This document shows positions 18,626 to 27,904 of a stretch of DNA of 64,000 bases, piece by piece; the first letter of the stretch is position 1; each line of letters begins with the position of its first letter. The translations under genes and the position numbers were made by a program. The DNA is from an uncultured Nitrososphaerales archaeon (GTDB lineage: Archaea > Thermoproteota > Nitrososphaeria > Conexivisphaerales > DTJL01). Location of the stretch: assembly GCA_964475215.1 (NCBI GenBank), contig CAYYVT010000187.1, forward strand, positions 72,334-136,333, read 5' to 3'. The notes beneath the pieces were generated by a model that saw only the letters and a list, made by a program, of their open reading frames with translations, was not told the origin of the DNA and ran no database searches.

Positions 18626-18913
18626 CTCCTTCGCCTTCGCTTCCGTTCGATGATAAACCAGCCGGCCTTTTCCTACCCTTCAGGATTATTGCTCGGCGCT
18701 TATATCTACGGAGGAAGCCGTGGGCGGGTTAGGGGGCGTAGTCAAAAGTGGGCGGTCGGTCCCGGGGCGGAGCCCATTTTACCGTCTTTGACGTGGGCGA
18801 TGTTTCGGGGGCCGTATCTTTGACGTTCCACCCACCCCCCACGCAGGCGGGTCCTAGTGGAACACATTAGAGTAGACAATTCCGAGATCTAAAATTACTT
18901 CTGGAGCGGCATC

Positions 18914-19963
18914 TCATCTGCCACGCGTCATGTCTTGAATGCGCTGCAGCGTCTTTTCGATGTCAGCCTTCTCGATTCCCCTGTGAGTGACCATCCTCAC
19001 CCTGAACGCGTCTACGGTGCCACACAGCACTCCCTTCTCTTTGGCTCTTGCGACGAACTGATCCGCCGTAATCTCCAGCCCCCGCACGCTGAACGCGACC
19101 ATGTTGGTCTGGACGGCTCCGAGATCGACCTCTATGCCATCCACCTTGGCCAACCCCAACGCAAGGAGCTTGGCGTTGTCATGATCATCGGCCAGCCTTC
19201 CGATCATCTTCTCGAGGGCCACAATCCCCGGAGCGGCTATTATTCCCGCCTGTCTCATACCTCCTCCCAGCATCTTGCGATACTTCCTCGCTCGGCCAAC
19301 GAAGTCTGCGTCTCCCACTACCAATGAACCGACAGGACAGCTCAACCCTTTCGAAAGGCAGAACATTAGATTATCCACGCTCTTAGTGAACTCCTTGACA
19401 TCAACGCCCAGTGCCACCGCTGCGTTGAAGATCCTAGCACCGTCCATGTAGAACTTAAGCCCATGGGAGTGGACCACTTCGCCTAATACCCCAATCTGGG
19501 CCGGGGTGATGACCGTCCCGCCCGCCCTGTTGTGGGTGTTCTCGATGCAAACCAGTGTAGCGTCGGGGAAGTGAATGTTCTTGGGCCTGATGGCAGCCTC
19601 CACATCCGCTGGGTCGAGCGCTCCCCTGTTTCCCCTTACTGGCCAAGGGAGCACGCCGCCTATCGTGGAGATTCCGCCTACCTCATACCAGTAGACATGC
19701 GATTCTGCTTCGAGTATGACTGAATCGCCACGCTTAGTGTTGCTCATGGTGGACACGAGGTTAGCCTGCGTCCCGCTTGTGACCAGCAGGGCTGCTTCCT
19801 TGCCCATCTTCTGGGCTGCCATTTCCTCCAACCTGAGGACCGTCGGATCCTCTCCATACACATCATCACCCAGTTTCGCTTGCTTGATGGCTTCGAGCAT
19901 CTCTTCGGTCGGGAGCGTGACCGTGTCGCTCCGCAAGTCGACCACGGCGTCTTCAGGAGTCAA
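18914..19963 (-). CDS. ltaE: Low-specificity L-threonine aldolase (beta-eliminating lyase family)
   Basis: 349 aa containing DLRSDTVTLPTEEM, GDDVYGEDPTV, and the PLP-Lys region CLSKGLSCPVGS. Confidence 0.88.
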   Translation of the reverse strand: MTPEDAVVDLRSDTVTLPTEEMLEAIKQAKLGDDVYGEDPTVLRLEEMAAQKMGKEAALLVTSGTQANLVSTMSNTKRGDSVILEAESHVYWYEVGGISTIGGVLPWPVRGNRGALDPADVEAAIRPKNIHFPDATLVCIENTHNRAGGTVITPAQIGVLGEVVHSHGLKFYMDGARIFNAAVALGVDVKEFTKSVDNLMFCLSKGLSCPVGSLVVGDADFVGRARKYRKMLGGGMRQAGIIAAPGIVALEKMIGRLADDHDNAKLLALGLAKVDGIEVDLGAVQTNMVAFSVRGLEITADQFVARAKEKGVLCGTVDAFRVRMVTHRGIEKADIEKTLQRIQDMTRGR

Positions 19964-20031
19964 TTTGTTCTCTCCAAGCAGCCGTGCAGACGTCCAAATG
20001 CTTATTTGAGCTTTTCAGAAGCCCCCCAGGG

Positions 20032-20619
20032 CTACGGAATGACTACCTTGAACCTATCTCTCAGGTAGAACGCGAGGACGATACCAAACGCCAGGCCAGC
20101 GATATGGGCGCCGTGAGCGATTCCGTCAGGGACGAAAAGGCCAAGGAAGTCCAAGACAGCGTAGAGCCCTGCGAAGACAACCATCGGCATGGGCACTATG
20201 AAATAGACATACACCATGGTCATGGGTGTCAGAACGGCGAGCATCCCGATGATGCCGTAGATGGCTCCCGACGCGCCAATCGCAGGAATAGTCGATCCTG
20301 GCGCCGTCATCATATATCCGAAGTTACCCACGATTCCAGCGATAAAGAAGACTAGCAGGAATAGCCTTGGGCCTACCATCCTCTCCAGATAGGTCCCGAA
20401 GAAGAACAGGGCAATCATGTTGAACAGTATATGCTCGATGCTGGCGTGGAGGAAGATTGACGTGACGAACATCCACGGATACTGGAACGCATATGCCGGA
20501 AAGAACGCAAAGTAGCCCCACCCCACCCAGTTAGCTGCCACGTTTTGAAGGATGAATACAGTGACGCAGACCCCTATCAAGAAGTATGTCCATCGGACGT
20601 GGTAAGGCTCGTACATCAT
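20032..20619 (-). CDS. Rhomboid-family intramembrane serine protease
   Basis: 195 aa with 6 TM helices. HASIEHILFNM gives the H..xxN motif, the catalytic serine is in GASGAIYGIIG, and a His lies in the last TM (AHGAHIAG). Confidence 0.9.
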   Translation of the reverse strand: MMYEPYHVRWTYFLIGVCVTVFILQNVAANWVGWGYFAFFPAYAFQYPWMFVTSIFLHASIEHILFNMIALFFFGTYLERMVGPRLFLLVFFIAGIVGNFGYMMTAPGSTIPAIGASGAIYGIIGMLAVLTPMTMVYVYFIVPMPMVVFAGLYAVLDFLGLFVPDGIAHGAHIAGLAFGIVLAFYLRDRFKVVIP

Positions 20620-20853
20620 GCTCTTTCGAATCCTCCGGGACGGGCGGTTGAAAAGAGTTCCGGAGACGGAGTACAGGCACGGCGGTCGGCAGCCCAGAGT
20701 AGAATAGAATCAACATAACAATCGAATTCTCCCAAGACTTAAATGCCGTGCCCAAGAGTTCAAATTACATGTTTACACCAAAATTCGAGCGTGGCTGCCG
20801 ATCTAGCCGCCTCCCAGTCGCTTCTGGCCTCAGTTGCCGAGGTGGAGGATAAG

Positions 20854-21909
20854 ATGGCATCCGTTTGGACGTACATACGCCGTTTCGCCCTTATCATGAT
20901 TGTAATAATCATCATCGTCAGCATCCTGAACTTCGCCTTTGGGACTCTATTGCCATCCGAGGCTGCCTTCCTAGGGCTGCAGATTACGACGCGGCAGGTG
21001 ATTCAATTATTACTTGTAGGCTTCGCGGGCGTCATCGTCTTGCTTCTGATAAGACGATTCGCCAAAGGGCTTAGACGCATAGTCGGCCCTTACATAGCGT
21101 CAGTCTTTTCCTACATTCTTGTCATGCTCGACGCCTTCGCAGTGGTCATCTCCATCCTCGAAATCATGAACGTTCCTGCCAGTTCGCTTCTGTTAGGGGG
21201 TAGCCTCGGCGCCATAATCATCGGCCTAGCCGTTTCCACCCTTTTTGGCAACATATTCTCGGGAGCACTGGTGCTCTTCGCCAAGCCGGTGGTGGTGGGG
21301 GACGAAGTGCTCGTCAACAACATCCCCGGCCGCATTGAGGAGATCTCTACACTATTCATGAAAATTGCCAATGAGTCAGGAACCGAGACGATTCTGCCGA
21401 ACTCGGCCCTAGTTTCGGGAGCGGTGACGCTCACAAGAGTAGCGTCCAAGTCCGGCTTCGTCAACAGGCTTCCCTTCGAAGCCGGAGACAGGATATACAC
21501 CTCCTACGTCGGTGGGGAAGGCATGATCAAACAGGTTGACCCCCTATACATGACCGTGGTTCTGGACGATGGGAGAGAGATCAAGATACCCAACAACGGT
21601 ATAATGACCGGCGCAATCTCCATCGCATTGGTCAACGCTATCTCTAGCCCCAAACTCAAGCTATCTGTCAAGATTAGCTGGGATGTCGAGAGGGCGATTA
21701 AGGCGATGCAGGCCGAGGCCATAACCGCCCCGGAATTATTTAAGTCGCCACTTCAGGTGCTTTACTCTTCTTTGGACGACGGGAGGGTCGGACTGGAAGT
21801 GACTGGAGAAGTTGACGCCAAGCGGGTAGCGGAGGCGAAAAGCCGATTGCTGCGGGCGGCTTACTTAGCCAAGGACAATCGCTCAAGTAATGATTTAAGC
21901 TCAGACTAA
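20854..21909 (+). CDS. Mechanosensitive ion channel (MscS family)
   Basis: TM helices are followed by the MscS beta-domain FAKPVVVGDEVLVNNIPGRIEEISTLFMKI. I placed the start at ATG 20854, which has a strong Shine-Dalgarno-like (SD-like) gaggtggagg 6 nt upstream. The ORF-track start 20743 overlaps a TATA-like cttaaat. Confidence 0.82.
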   Translation: MASVWTYIRRFALIMIVIIIIVSILNFAFGTLLPSEAAFLGLQITTRQVIQLLLVGFAGVIVLLLIRRFAKGLRRIVGPYIASVFSYILVMLDAFAVVISILEIMNVPASSLLLGGSLGAIIIGLAVSTLFGNIFSGALVLFAKPVVVGDEVLVNNIPGRIEEISTLFMKIANESGTETILPNSALVSGAVTLTRVASKSGFVNRLPFEAGDRIYTSYVGGEGMIKQVDPLYMTVVLDDGREIKIPNNGIMTGAISIALVNAISSPKLKLSVKISWDVERAIKAMQAEAITAPELFKSPLQVLYSSLDDGRVGLEVTGEVDAKRVAEAKSRLLRAAYLAKDNRSSNDLSSD

Positions 21910-21986
21910 CGCTCTGCAGTGAACGCTTTGATACCAATGTCTACAGCAGCTCAACCGTTATATCGCCATTTCGCCCCTGCCAGCCC

Positions 21987-22541
21987 ATGCGGCCGCTGAG
22001 GGCGCTTGGAATCGCTGCCGGGATCGTTCCATGGTTGTTCATCTCGGCGTCTATACTGCTTACGCCTTGGTTCAACCCGTTCAACGACGCCCTGAGCGAT
22101 CTAGGTAACACGGTGCTCAACTATCCTGTTGCATATGTGTTCGACGTTGGTCTTATCATCTCAGGTCTGATGGCGGCGACCTTTGGGGCGGTCCTGTCCG
22201 CGCGAAATCCCACCGCGAAGTTCCTCTGTTGGTCTGTACCACTGACACTCGGTTCCGCCGACCTCTCTCTTATCGGGGCCTTCAATGAGTCGATGGGAGG
22301 AATTCACTATATCGTGTCGGTAATATTCTTCCTTCTAATCATCATCAATATGGTAGTCTTAGGCGTCGTTTCGTTTTTTATAGCAGCTCCGCTGCTGGGT
22401 GGGGTGTCATTGGTCTTGGGACTTGTTTCTGCATTAGTCTGGCTGATTCATTGGTCTTGGCACGGGGTCGCCATTCAGGAGACCTTTTCGGCCATAGCCG
22501 TGGCCATAATCTTAATCTTGGTGGCCAGAAGGTTCGCTTGA
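21987..22541 (+). CDS. DUF998-like integral membrane protein
   Basis: 184 aa with about 6 TM helices. The element ALSDLG after TM1 resembles DUF998 as I recall it. Confidence 0.5.
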   Translation: MRPLRALGIAAGIVPWLFISASILLTPWFNPFNDALSDLGNTVLNYPVAYVFDVGLIISGLMAATFGAVLSARNPTAKFLCWSVPLTLGSADLSLIGAFNESMGGIHYIVSVIFFLLIIINMVVLGVVSFFIAAPLLGGVSLVLGLVSALVWLIHWSWHGVAIQETFSAIAVAIILILVARRFA

Positions 22542-23184
22542 CGGGCCTGTCGTTGTCGTGAGGAATGAGAATGCTACCTTCGTGGCCTCCGCCTCCGTTC
22601 TTAGCTGGGCGACTCACTGCATGAAAGGCGTTCCACCCTTTCCCCTTTAGCCCTCGAAGGGCGGGGAGCATCATGAAGCTTTCAGGTACAGTATTTATGT
22701 TGTCAACTCTTCCTATACCACCCCAATTAAAAACCCCCTGTCTGCACGAACTCGAGGATGTCCGCTCTAAGCTTTGACGAACTCGAGCGCATGAGGTTGA
22801 TGGCTCCGCAAGACGAAGAAACATTGGTCAAGAAGCTTAGCACGAGGGCGATAGAACCTCAGCCCAAGTGACATCGCGATTCTTTGGCCTTCTCTGTCAT
22901 ATAGCGGCAGGCATATCCGACCTAAGTGATTCAACTCTGTCCGGGAGAGACTTCGTTTATGTCTAGTGCAAAAGATGATATACCTGAGCCTCTTCAGTTG
23001 AGCCGATTCTCCTGGGAAGGCGCTGGGCGAGATGAGAGCATCGGACGTTCGACTTTGGCCAGCCGCGTCTGCCGTCCCAGCGGGACTTCTGATTCCGTTA
23101 AGGCGATTCTCTGCTTGCTTGTGGCGCCCATTGGCCACCGCCGATCTTATGGAGCCGAACTTCCTTGAGGATGGTCTCGGCTAG

Positions 23185-24390
23185 ATGCGATCGCTAGATG
23201 GAGTCGACCTCAGTTCGTCGTCTCTGTCGCCGAGATGTAACGAGATTCGCTACAACAGATTGACCAGGCTGCTTTACCCTTCTTTCATCCTTTCCTTCGT
23301 GCTCCTGACCTTTATTCTGGGAATTCTCCTCTCCTTCAGAATTCATCCATTTCCGACAGCGGATCGGCGCCTGTTTTGGCTGCCGTCCGTCTTCCTGGGG
23401 GGCGCCCTCGTCGTGGTTTCAGCCTCGTTCGGTTCCTCAAAGTTCGAAAGCTTCCGGACGTCCGCCTTGAATCCGGCCTTTTCGTGGGTAAAGCGGAGGA
23501 TTATCGCCCTCCGCCACGACGTTTACATCGTTATGTTGGTCGCCTACCTTGCCCTGCTCCTTGTGTCGTATTTCAGGTTCGGCATCCTATTTCAGTTCTC
23601 GCTGGGAATGTACGCCCTGATCTCCCTCCCACTCATCTTGGTGATAGGGAGGGGGAGGCTAGTCTTCCTGAAGAGCTGGATTCCCTTCCTCATAGTGTTC
23701 CTTTCATATGAAGCCCTCCAGGGGCTGGTGAGCGTCGTCGTCGCAAACAGTGGAATCATATCCCTGTACGCCATCGACTTCCCCATCTGGGGCTTCAACC
23801 TCACAGGAGCAGTGCAGGCGGCCCTCTACTCTAACACGATGACCTACGCCATGACCTTCTTCTACACTTTGCACCTCCCCCTCGTCGTCCTCGCTTCGAT
23901 ATACTTCTGGTACACCGACAAATCAGTCTACAGGGGATATACGTATGCCGTCCTCATTACTGCATACTGCGCGCTGGTGACCTTCCTGTTCTTCCCCACC
24001 GCTCCACCATGGTACGAAGGGGCTGCCAAGAACCTTCTACAGAGCGTGAACACCGTAGTCCCCGTGAAGGTCTACACCAACGTCCTGAACGCCATAGAAT
24101 CAGACAAATTCGCGGCCTTCCCCAGCCTCCACGGTGCCTTCGCAATCATCTTCTTGTACTACATGCGGAAGCGTGGAAGGCTGCACGGTCTACTGGCCTT
24201 GCCTATCACAGCTGGCATCCTGCTCTCGACCATATACCTCGGCCAGCACTACCTCATCGACCTCATCGGGGGCGCGGCGTACGCGTTGCCCGCCTGCTAT
24301 CTGGTCAATTGGTTCGCCACCCGCTCTCAGAAGAGGGCGATGGAGAGGCTCGCCTTGCCTACTGTGAACCAGCCGAAGACGGCGCTATAG
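23185..24390 (+). CDS. PAP2-superfamily membrane protein (phosphatidic acid phosphatase type 2 / inositol-phosphoceramide-synthase-like)
   Basis: 401 aa, polytopic. The C-terminal PAP2 motifs are FPSLHGAF (SxH) and GQHYLIDLIGGAAYA (HxxxD). Confidence 0.75.
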   Translation: MRSLDGVDLSSSSLSPRCNEIRYNRLTRLLYPSFILSFVLLTFILGILLSFRIHPFPTADRRLFWLPSVFLGGALVVVSASFGSSKFESFRTSALNPAFSWVKRRIIALRHDVYIVMLVAYLALLLVSYFRFGILFQFSLGMYALISLPLILVIGRGRLVFLKSWIPFLIVFLSYEALQGLVSVVVANSGIISLYAIDFPIWGFNLTGAVQAALYSNTMTYAMTFFYTLHLPLVVLASIYFWYTDKSVYRGYTYAVLITAYCALVTFLFFPTAPPWYEGAAKNLLQSVNTVVPVKVYTNVLNAIESDKFAAFPSLHGAFAIIFLYYMRKRGRLHGLLALPITAGILLSTIYLGQHYLIDLIGGAAYALPACYLVNWFATRSQKRAMERLALPTVNQPKTAL

Positions 24391-25446
24391 GTAGCCTTTT
24401 CGCAGCATCAGCTCCGCTGTGAGAATTGCGTTACCGGCGGCCCCCCTGATGGTGTTGTGTGAAAGCAGGGTCAGCCTAATGGAGCAATCATCCAACCCTG
24501 GCCTCACCCTGCCAACGACGACGCTCATGCCTGGGACGCTCCCCGCGAGCCTGTCAAGCCTGGGTTGGGGCCTGTCCTTCTGTCTGGTCACGATTATGGG
24601 GGCTTCCGGCGCCGTGTGTAGCCTGAGCTTCTGAGGCTCGCCTCTGAACCCACTCAGCTGGGACTCGGCCTCTGCCGGAGTTACGGTCCTGTCGAACTCG
24701 CAATAAAGCGTCTCCAGATGGCCATCCAAGGTCGACACCCTGTTGCATGACACAGCCATGGGGAGGGCGAAAGGTTTCACCGACCCGCCATTGACCGCCC
24801 CTAGGATTTTCTTGGATTCCCTCTCAACCTTCTCTTCTTCGTCCTTGATGTAAGGTATGACGTTTTCAAGAATCAGAAGAGAAGAGACTCCAGGATATCC
24901 GGCCCCGGACACGGCCTGCATAGTAGTGACCACCGCCTTTCTAATCGGAAAGCGATCAGCCAACGCCTTTAGCACCAAAGAGAGCCCCGTCACCGTGCAG
25001 TTTGGCGTAGTCGCCAGGCCCTTCTTCCATCCCCTATTCTTCCGCTGGAATTCGAGAAGTCGCAAGTGGTCTCCGTTCACTTCCGGCACTATCAAAGGCA
25101 CGTCGGGTTCCATCCTATGTGCGCTGACCTCACTGACGATGGCCTTCCCCATTTTTGCATAGAGGGGCTCAAGTTGAATCGCCGCCTCGGAAGGCAAAGC
25201 CGAGAAGATTACTGCGCATTCGTCGACCGAGGTCGGCCCCGCCTCCCTGACCACCATATCCGAAAACGCTTCCGGAATGGGAGTAGGGAGTAACCATTTT
25301 GCGGCCTCCCCATATCTCTTACCCGCTGAGGACTTCCCGACGAGCGCCACTAGCTCGAAATCTGGGTGAGACTCCAACATCTCGACATACCGTTGGCCCA
25401 CGACACCTGTTGCTCCCAGCAGTCCAACCTTGATCCTATCTTTCAT
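24385..25446 (-). CDS. asd: Aspartate-semialdehyde dehydrogenase
   Basis: 353 aa with an NAD(P) fold (VGLLGATGVVGQRY) and the active-site Cys in TTPNCTVTGL. It is the last gene of the DAP operon and overlaps dapL by 4 nt. Confidence 0.92.
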   Translation of the reverse strand: MKDRIKVGLLGATGVVGQRYVEMLESHPDFELVALVGKSSAGKRYGEAAKWLLPTPIPEAFSDMVVREAGPTSVDECAVIFSALPSEAAIQLEPLYAKMGKAIVSEVSAHRMEPDVPLIVPEVNGDHLRLLEFQRKNRGWKKGLATTPNCTVTGLSLVLKALADRFPIRKAVVTTMQAVSGAGYPGVSSLLILENVIPYIKDEEEKVERESKKILGAVNGGSVKPFALPMAVSCNRVSTLDGHLETLYCEFDRTVTPAEAESQLSGFRGEPQKLRLHTAPEAPIIVTRQKDRPQPRLDRLAGSVPGMSVVVGRVRPGLDDCSIRLTLLSHNTIRGAAGNAILTAELMLRKGYL

Positions 25447-26609
25447 TGTGACAGCCCTCGCATTGCGTCCAGCGCTTCTTTAATCACTTCGGTCGGTCTT
25501 GTAACTGACCACCTGACGTATCCCTCGCCACCTCTTCCGAAGGCAGTGCCTGGTGTAACGACTACCCCCACTCGGAGGAGCTTCGCGGCAAAGTCGGCGG
25601 AGCCTCCTCCAACACCCTGCCACAGATAGAACGTGGCCTCAGGCGGATGCGCCTCGAATCCTAGACGTTCTAGGCCCTGCGCCAGCACCTCGAGCCTCCT
25701 GCGGTAGATTTTCATCGACGCTTCCACCTCCTTGGGGCGTCGAGATGACGAATAGCTGTCGAGCGCGACCTTCGCCGCGCGCTGAATGAACTTCGGCGGG
25801 CCAGAGTCGACTTGGCTCTTGACGGCCTTCAGGCCTCGTATCGCGTCCCTGTTGCCGACGGCGAAGCCTATCCTGTAGCCTGTCATCGCGAATGTCTTTG
25901 AGCAGGAATGGACCTCCAACGAAACCTCCTTGTCGGCGTCAATCTGTAAGATGCTGGGCGCAATATAGGATCCGAAGGTCATTTCAGAGTACGCGTTGTC
26001 ATAGCAGATGAGAGTTCCCGATTCCTTAGCTGCTTCTACCATTGCTTCCAGATCCTTGCGGTTGGCCACAGCTCCGGTGGGGTTATGGGGGTAGTTGACG
26101 TAGAGCAGCTTGACTCCCTTGAGGTCCTCCGTCCTCAGGTTCATCCTGTATCCGTTTTTCCGCGTCAGAAGACGCGCCTTCGGTTTCGCTCCAAGGAGTA
26201 AAGACCCCCCAATCCCATAGACAGGGTAGCCGGGGTCGGGCACCATGACCTTCTCGCCCTCTTCTACAAATGCCCGTGCCACATTGATCAGGCCCTCCTT
26301 GGAACCCATGAGGGCGCAAACCTCGCTGTCTGGATCCAGCCGCACGTCGAACCTCTTTGAATACCAGCCCGCCACTGCCTCTCTGAACCACCCCTCGCCA
26401 TCGCTGCTAGAATACCCTTGGTACTCCGCGCTCCTGATTGCGGAGGCTAGTTCATCCACGATGAACGACGGCGTAGGAAGGTCGGGATCGCCTATGTTAA
26501 AGGCCAAGACCTTCTGACCTTTTTTCTTGCGAGCCCTTATGATTTCGTCCAGCCTAGCAAAGGGGTATTCGGGCAGAGACGTAATCCTGTTCGACGGAGC
26601 CCAGGTCAA
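25443..26609 (-). CDS. dapL: LL-diaminopimelate aminotransferase-like class I aminotransferase
   Basis: 388 aa. The N-terminus RITSLPEYPFARLDE...AFNIGDPDLPTP matches the PRK09276-type DapL pattern as I recall it. The PLP-Lys is in SCSKTFAMTGYRIGF. The gene is embedded between lysA and asd. Confidence 0.72.
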   Translation of the reverse strand: MTWAPSNRITSLPEYPFARLDEIIRARKKKGQKVLAFNIGDPDLPTPSFIVDELASAIRSAEYQGYSSSDGEGWFREAVAGWYSKRFDVRLDPDSEVCALMGSKEGLINVARAFVEEGEKVMVPDPGYPVYGIGGSLLLGAKPKARLLTRKNGYRMNLRTEDLKGVKLLYVNYPHNPTGAVANRKDLEAMVEAAKESGTLICYDNAYSEMTFGSYIAPSILQIDADKEVSLEVHSCSKTFAMTGYRIGFAVGNRDAIRGLKAVKSQVDSGPPKFIQRAAKVALDSYSSSRRPKEVEASMKIYRRRLEVLAQGLERLGFEAHPPEATFYLWQGVGGGSADFAAKLLRVGVVVTPGTAFGRGGEGYVRWSVTRPTEVIKEALDAMRGLSQ

Positions 26610-27904
26610 CCCAACAGCCTCGCTGGGATGGATTGTCCCGTCAGCAGGTCGGTATGCGTTTCCCTGCGTCTTATCAGCTCGGCTCGATTTCCACTTACTA
26701 GGACCTCTGCAGCTCGAGGCCTGTTGTTGTACTGGCTAGACATGGAGAATCCGTAGGCGCCCGCGTTAAAGATGGCGATCAAGTCCCCTTCCCCAAGGTT
26801 AGGGAAGGCCCTGTCCTTGGCTAGGATGTCGGTGTTCTCACATATCTGGCCGCATATGTTGACCACTTCTTGGTCACGCCGGTCGAGCTTCGTAGCTGCC
26901 AGCATCGGATGGTATGCCTTGTAGAGCGCGGGCCTGAGGAGCGTGTTCATGCCAGCGTCAATCCCCACGAACTTCTTTGGGCCCCTCTTGACATGACAGA
27001 CCTTGGCCAGAATTATCGTCGAATCTGCCACCAGGTACCTGCCTGGTTCCGCGGCCAACACGGGGTTGCCCATCTCATACTCTCTGACCTTCGCCTTGAA
27101 AACCTCCCCCACGGACTTTGCCACCTGTCCAATTGGGAGCTCCTCTTCGCTAGGCGAATAGGGGATACCGAAGCCCCCTCCCACGTTCACAAAATCGAAT
27201 TCGACTCCGACCTTTGCAGCTATCCTGCCAGCTATATCCATGAGCTTTTCAGTTATGGCTGGAAAATACCTCGAGTCAAGCACGTTGGACCCCGTCATCA
27301 TGTGTATCCCAAACCTCCTCACTCCCATCTTCTTCGCCTCCGCATATCCCTTGGCCGCCACGTCCTCCGGCGACCCGAACTTTGCGTCGGGGCCGGCGAA
27401 CACAAGGCCTTCGTTTCCGCCCTTTCCCATCCCCGGGTTTATCCTGAAGCACAAGGTTTCAGGGAGCGCTTTTGGCGGGAGTTTCTTCAGAAGGGTTGGG
27501 TCGTCTAGGTTGACGGGAACCCCTGCCTTGACCGCATAGTCAAGTTCCTCCTTTGTGTTGTAGTTCCCTGTGTATAGCATCTGGTTCGCCTTGAAACCGG
27601 CTACCGAGGCCGCGTAAATCTCCGCAGGGGAAGAGCAGTCAGCGCAGGCGCCTTCTCGCCGGAGCAGCGCGAGCAGGGCCAGATTTGTATTTGCCTTCAC
27701 CGCATAATACAGCCTGAACTTTGAGACCCTGCTGAAAGCAGAATGGAACCTCCCGAAGTTTTCGCGGATTCTCGCTTCGCTTGTCACGAACGTGGGCGTC
27801 CCAAACTTCGCCGCTATATCAGGGGCCGGCACGTCCTCGACGAGTAGGACTCCGTCCTTCTCGCCAAAGCTTCCCCTAAGCCTTTTCAGTATCCAGCTGT
27901 CCAA
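26606..27904 (-). CDS. lysA: Diaminopimelate decarboxylase
   Basis: 432 aa with a TTG start. It has the PLP-Lys motif YYAVKANTNLALL, the element GGGFGIPY, and EPGRYLVA. Confidence 0.92.
   Translation of the reverse strand: MDSWILKRLRGSFGEKDGVLLVEDVPAPDIAAKFGTPTFVTSEARIRENFGRFHSAFSRVSKFRLYYAVKANTNLALLALLRREGACADCSSPAEIYAASVAGFKANQMLYTGNYNTKEELDYAVKAGVPVNLDDPTLLKKLPPKALPETLCFRINPGMGKGGNEGLVFAGPDAKFGSPEDVAAKGYAEAKKMGVRRFGIHMMTGSNVLDSRYFPAITEKLMDIAGRIAAKVGVEFDFVNVGGGFGIPYSPSEEELPIGQVAKSVGEVFKAKVREYEMGNPVLAAEPGRYLVADSTIILAKVCHVKRGPKKFVGIDAGMNTLLRPALYKAYHPMLAATKLDRRDQEVVNICGQICENTDILAKDRAFPNLGEGDLIAIFNAGAYGFSMSSQYNNRPRAAEVLVSGNRAELIRRRETHTDLLTGQSIPARLLG

Noticed and set aside
22378-23168. Track ORFs 22378-22824 (-), 22767-23138 (-) and 22926-23168 (+) as genes
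   Set aside because: They are R/S/P-rich, overlap each other or the DUF998 gene, and contain no motifs. The region is reported as a low-coding gap in the findings instead.
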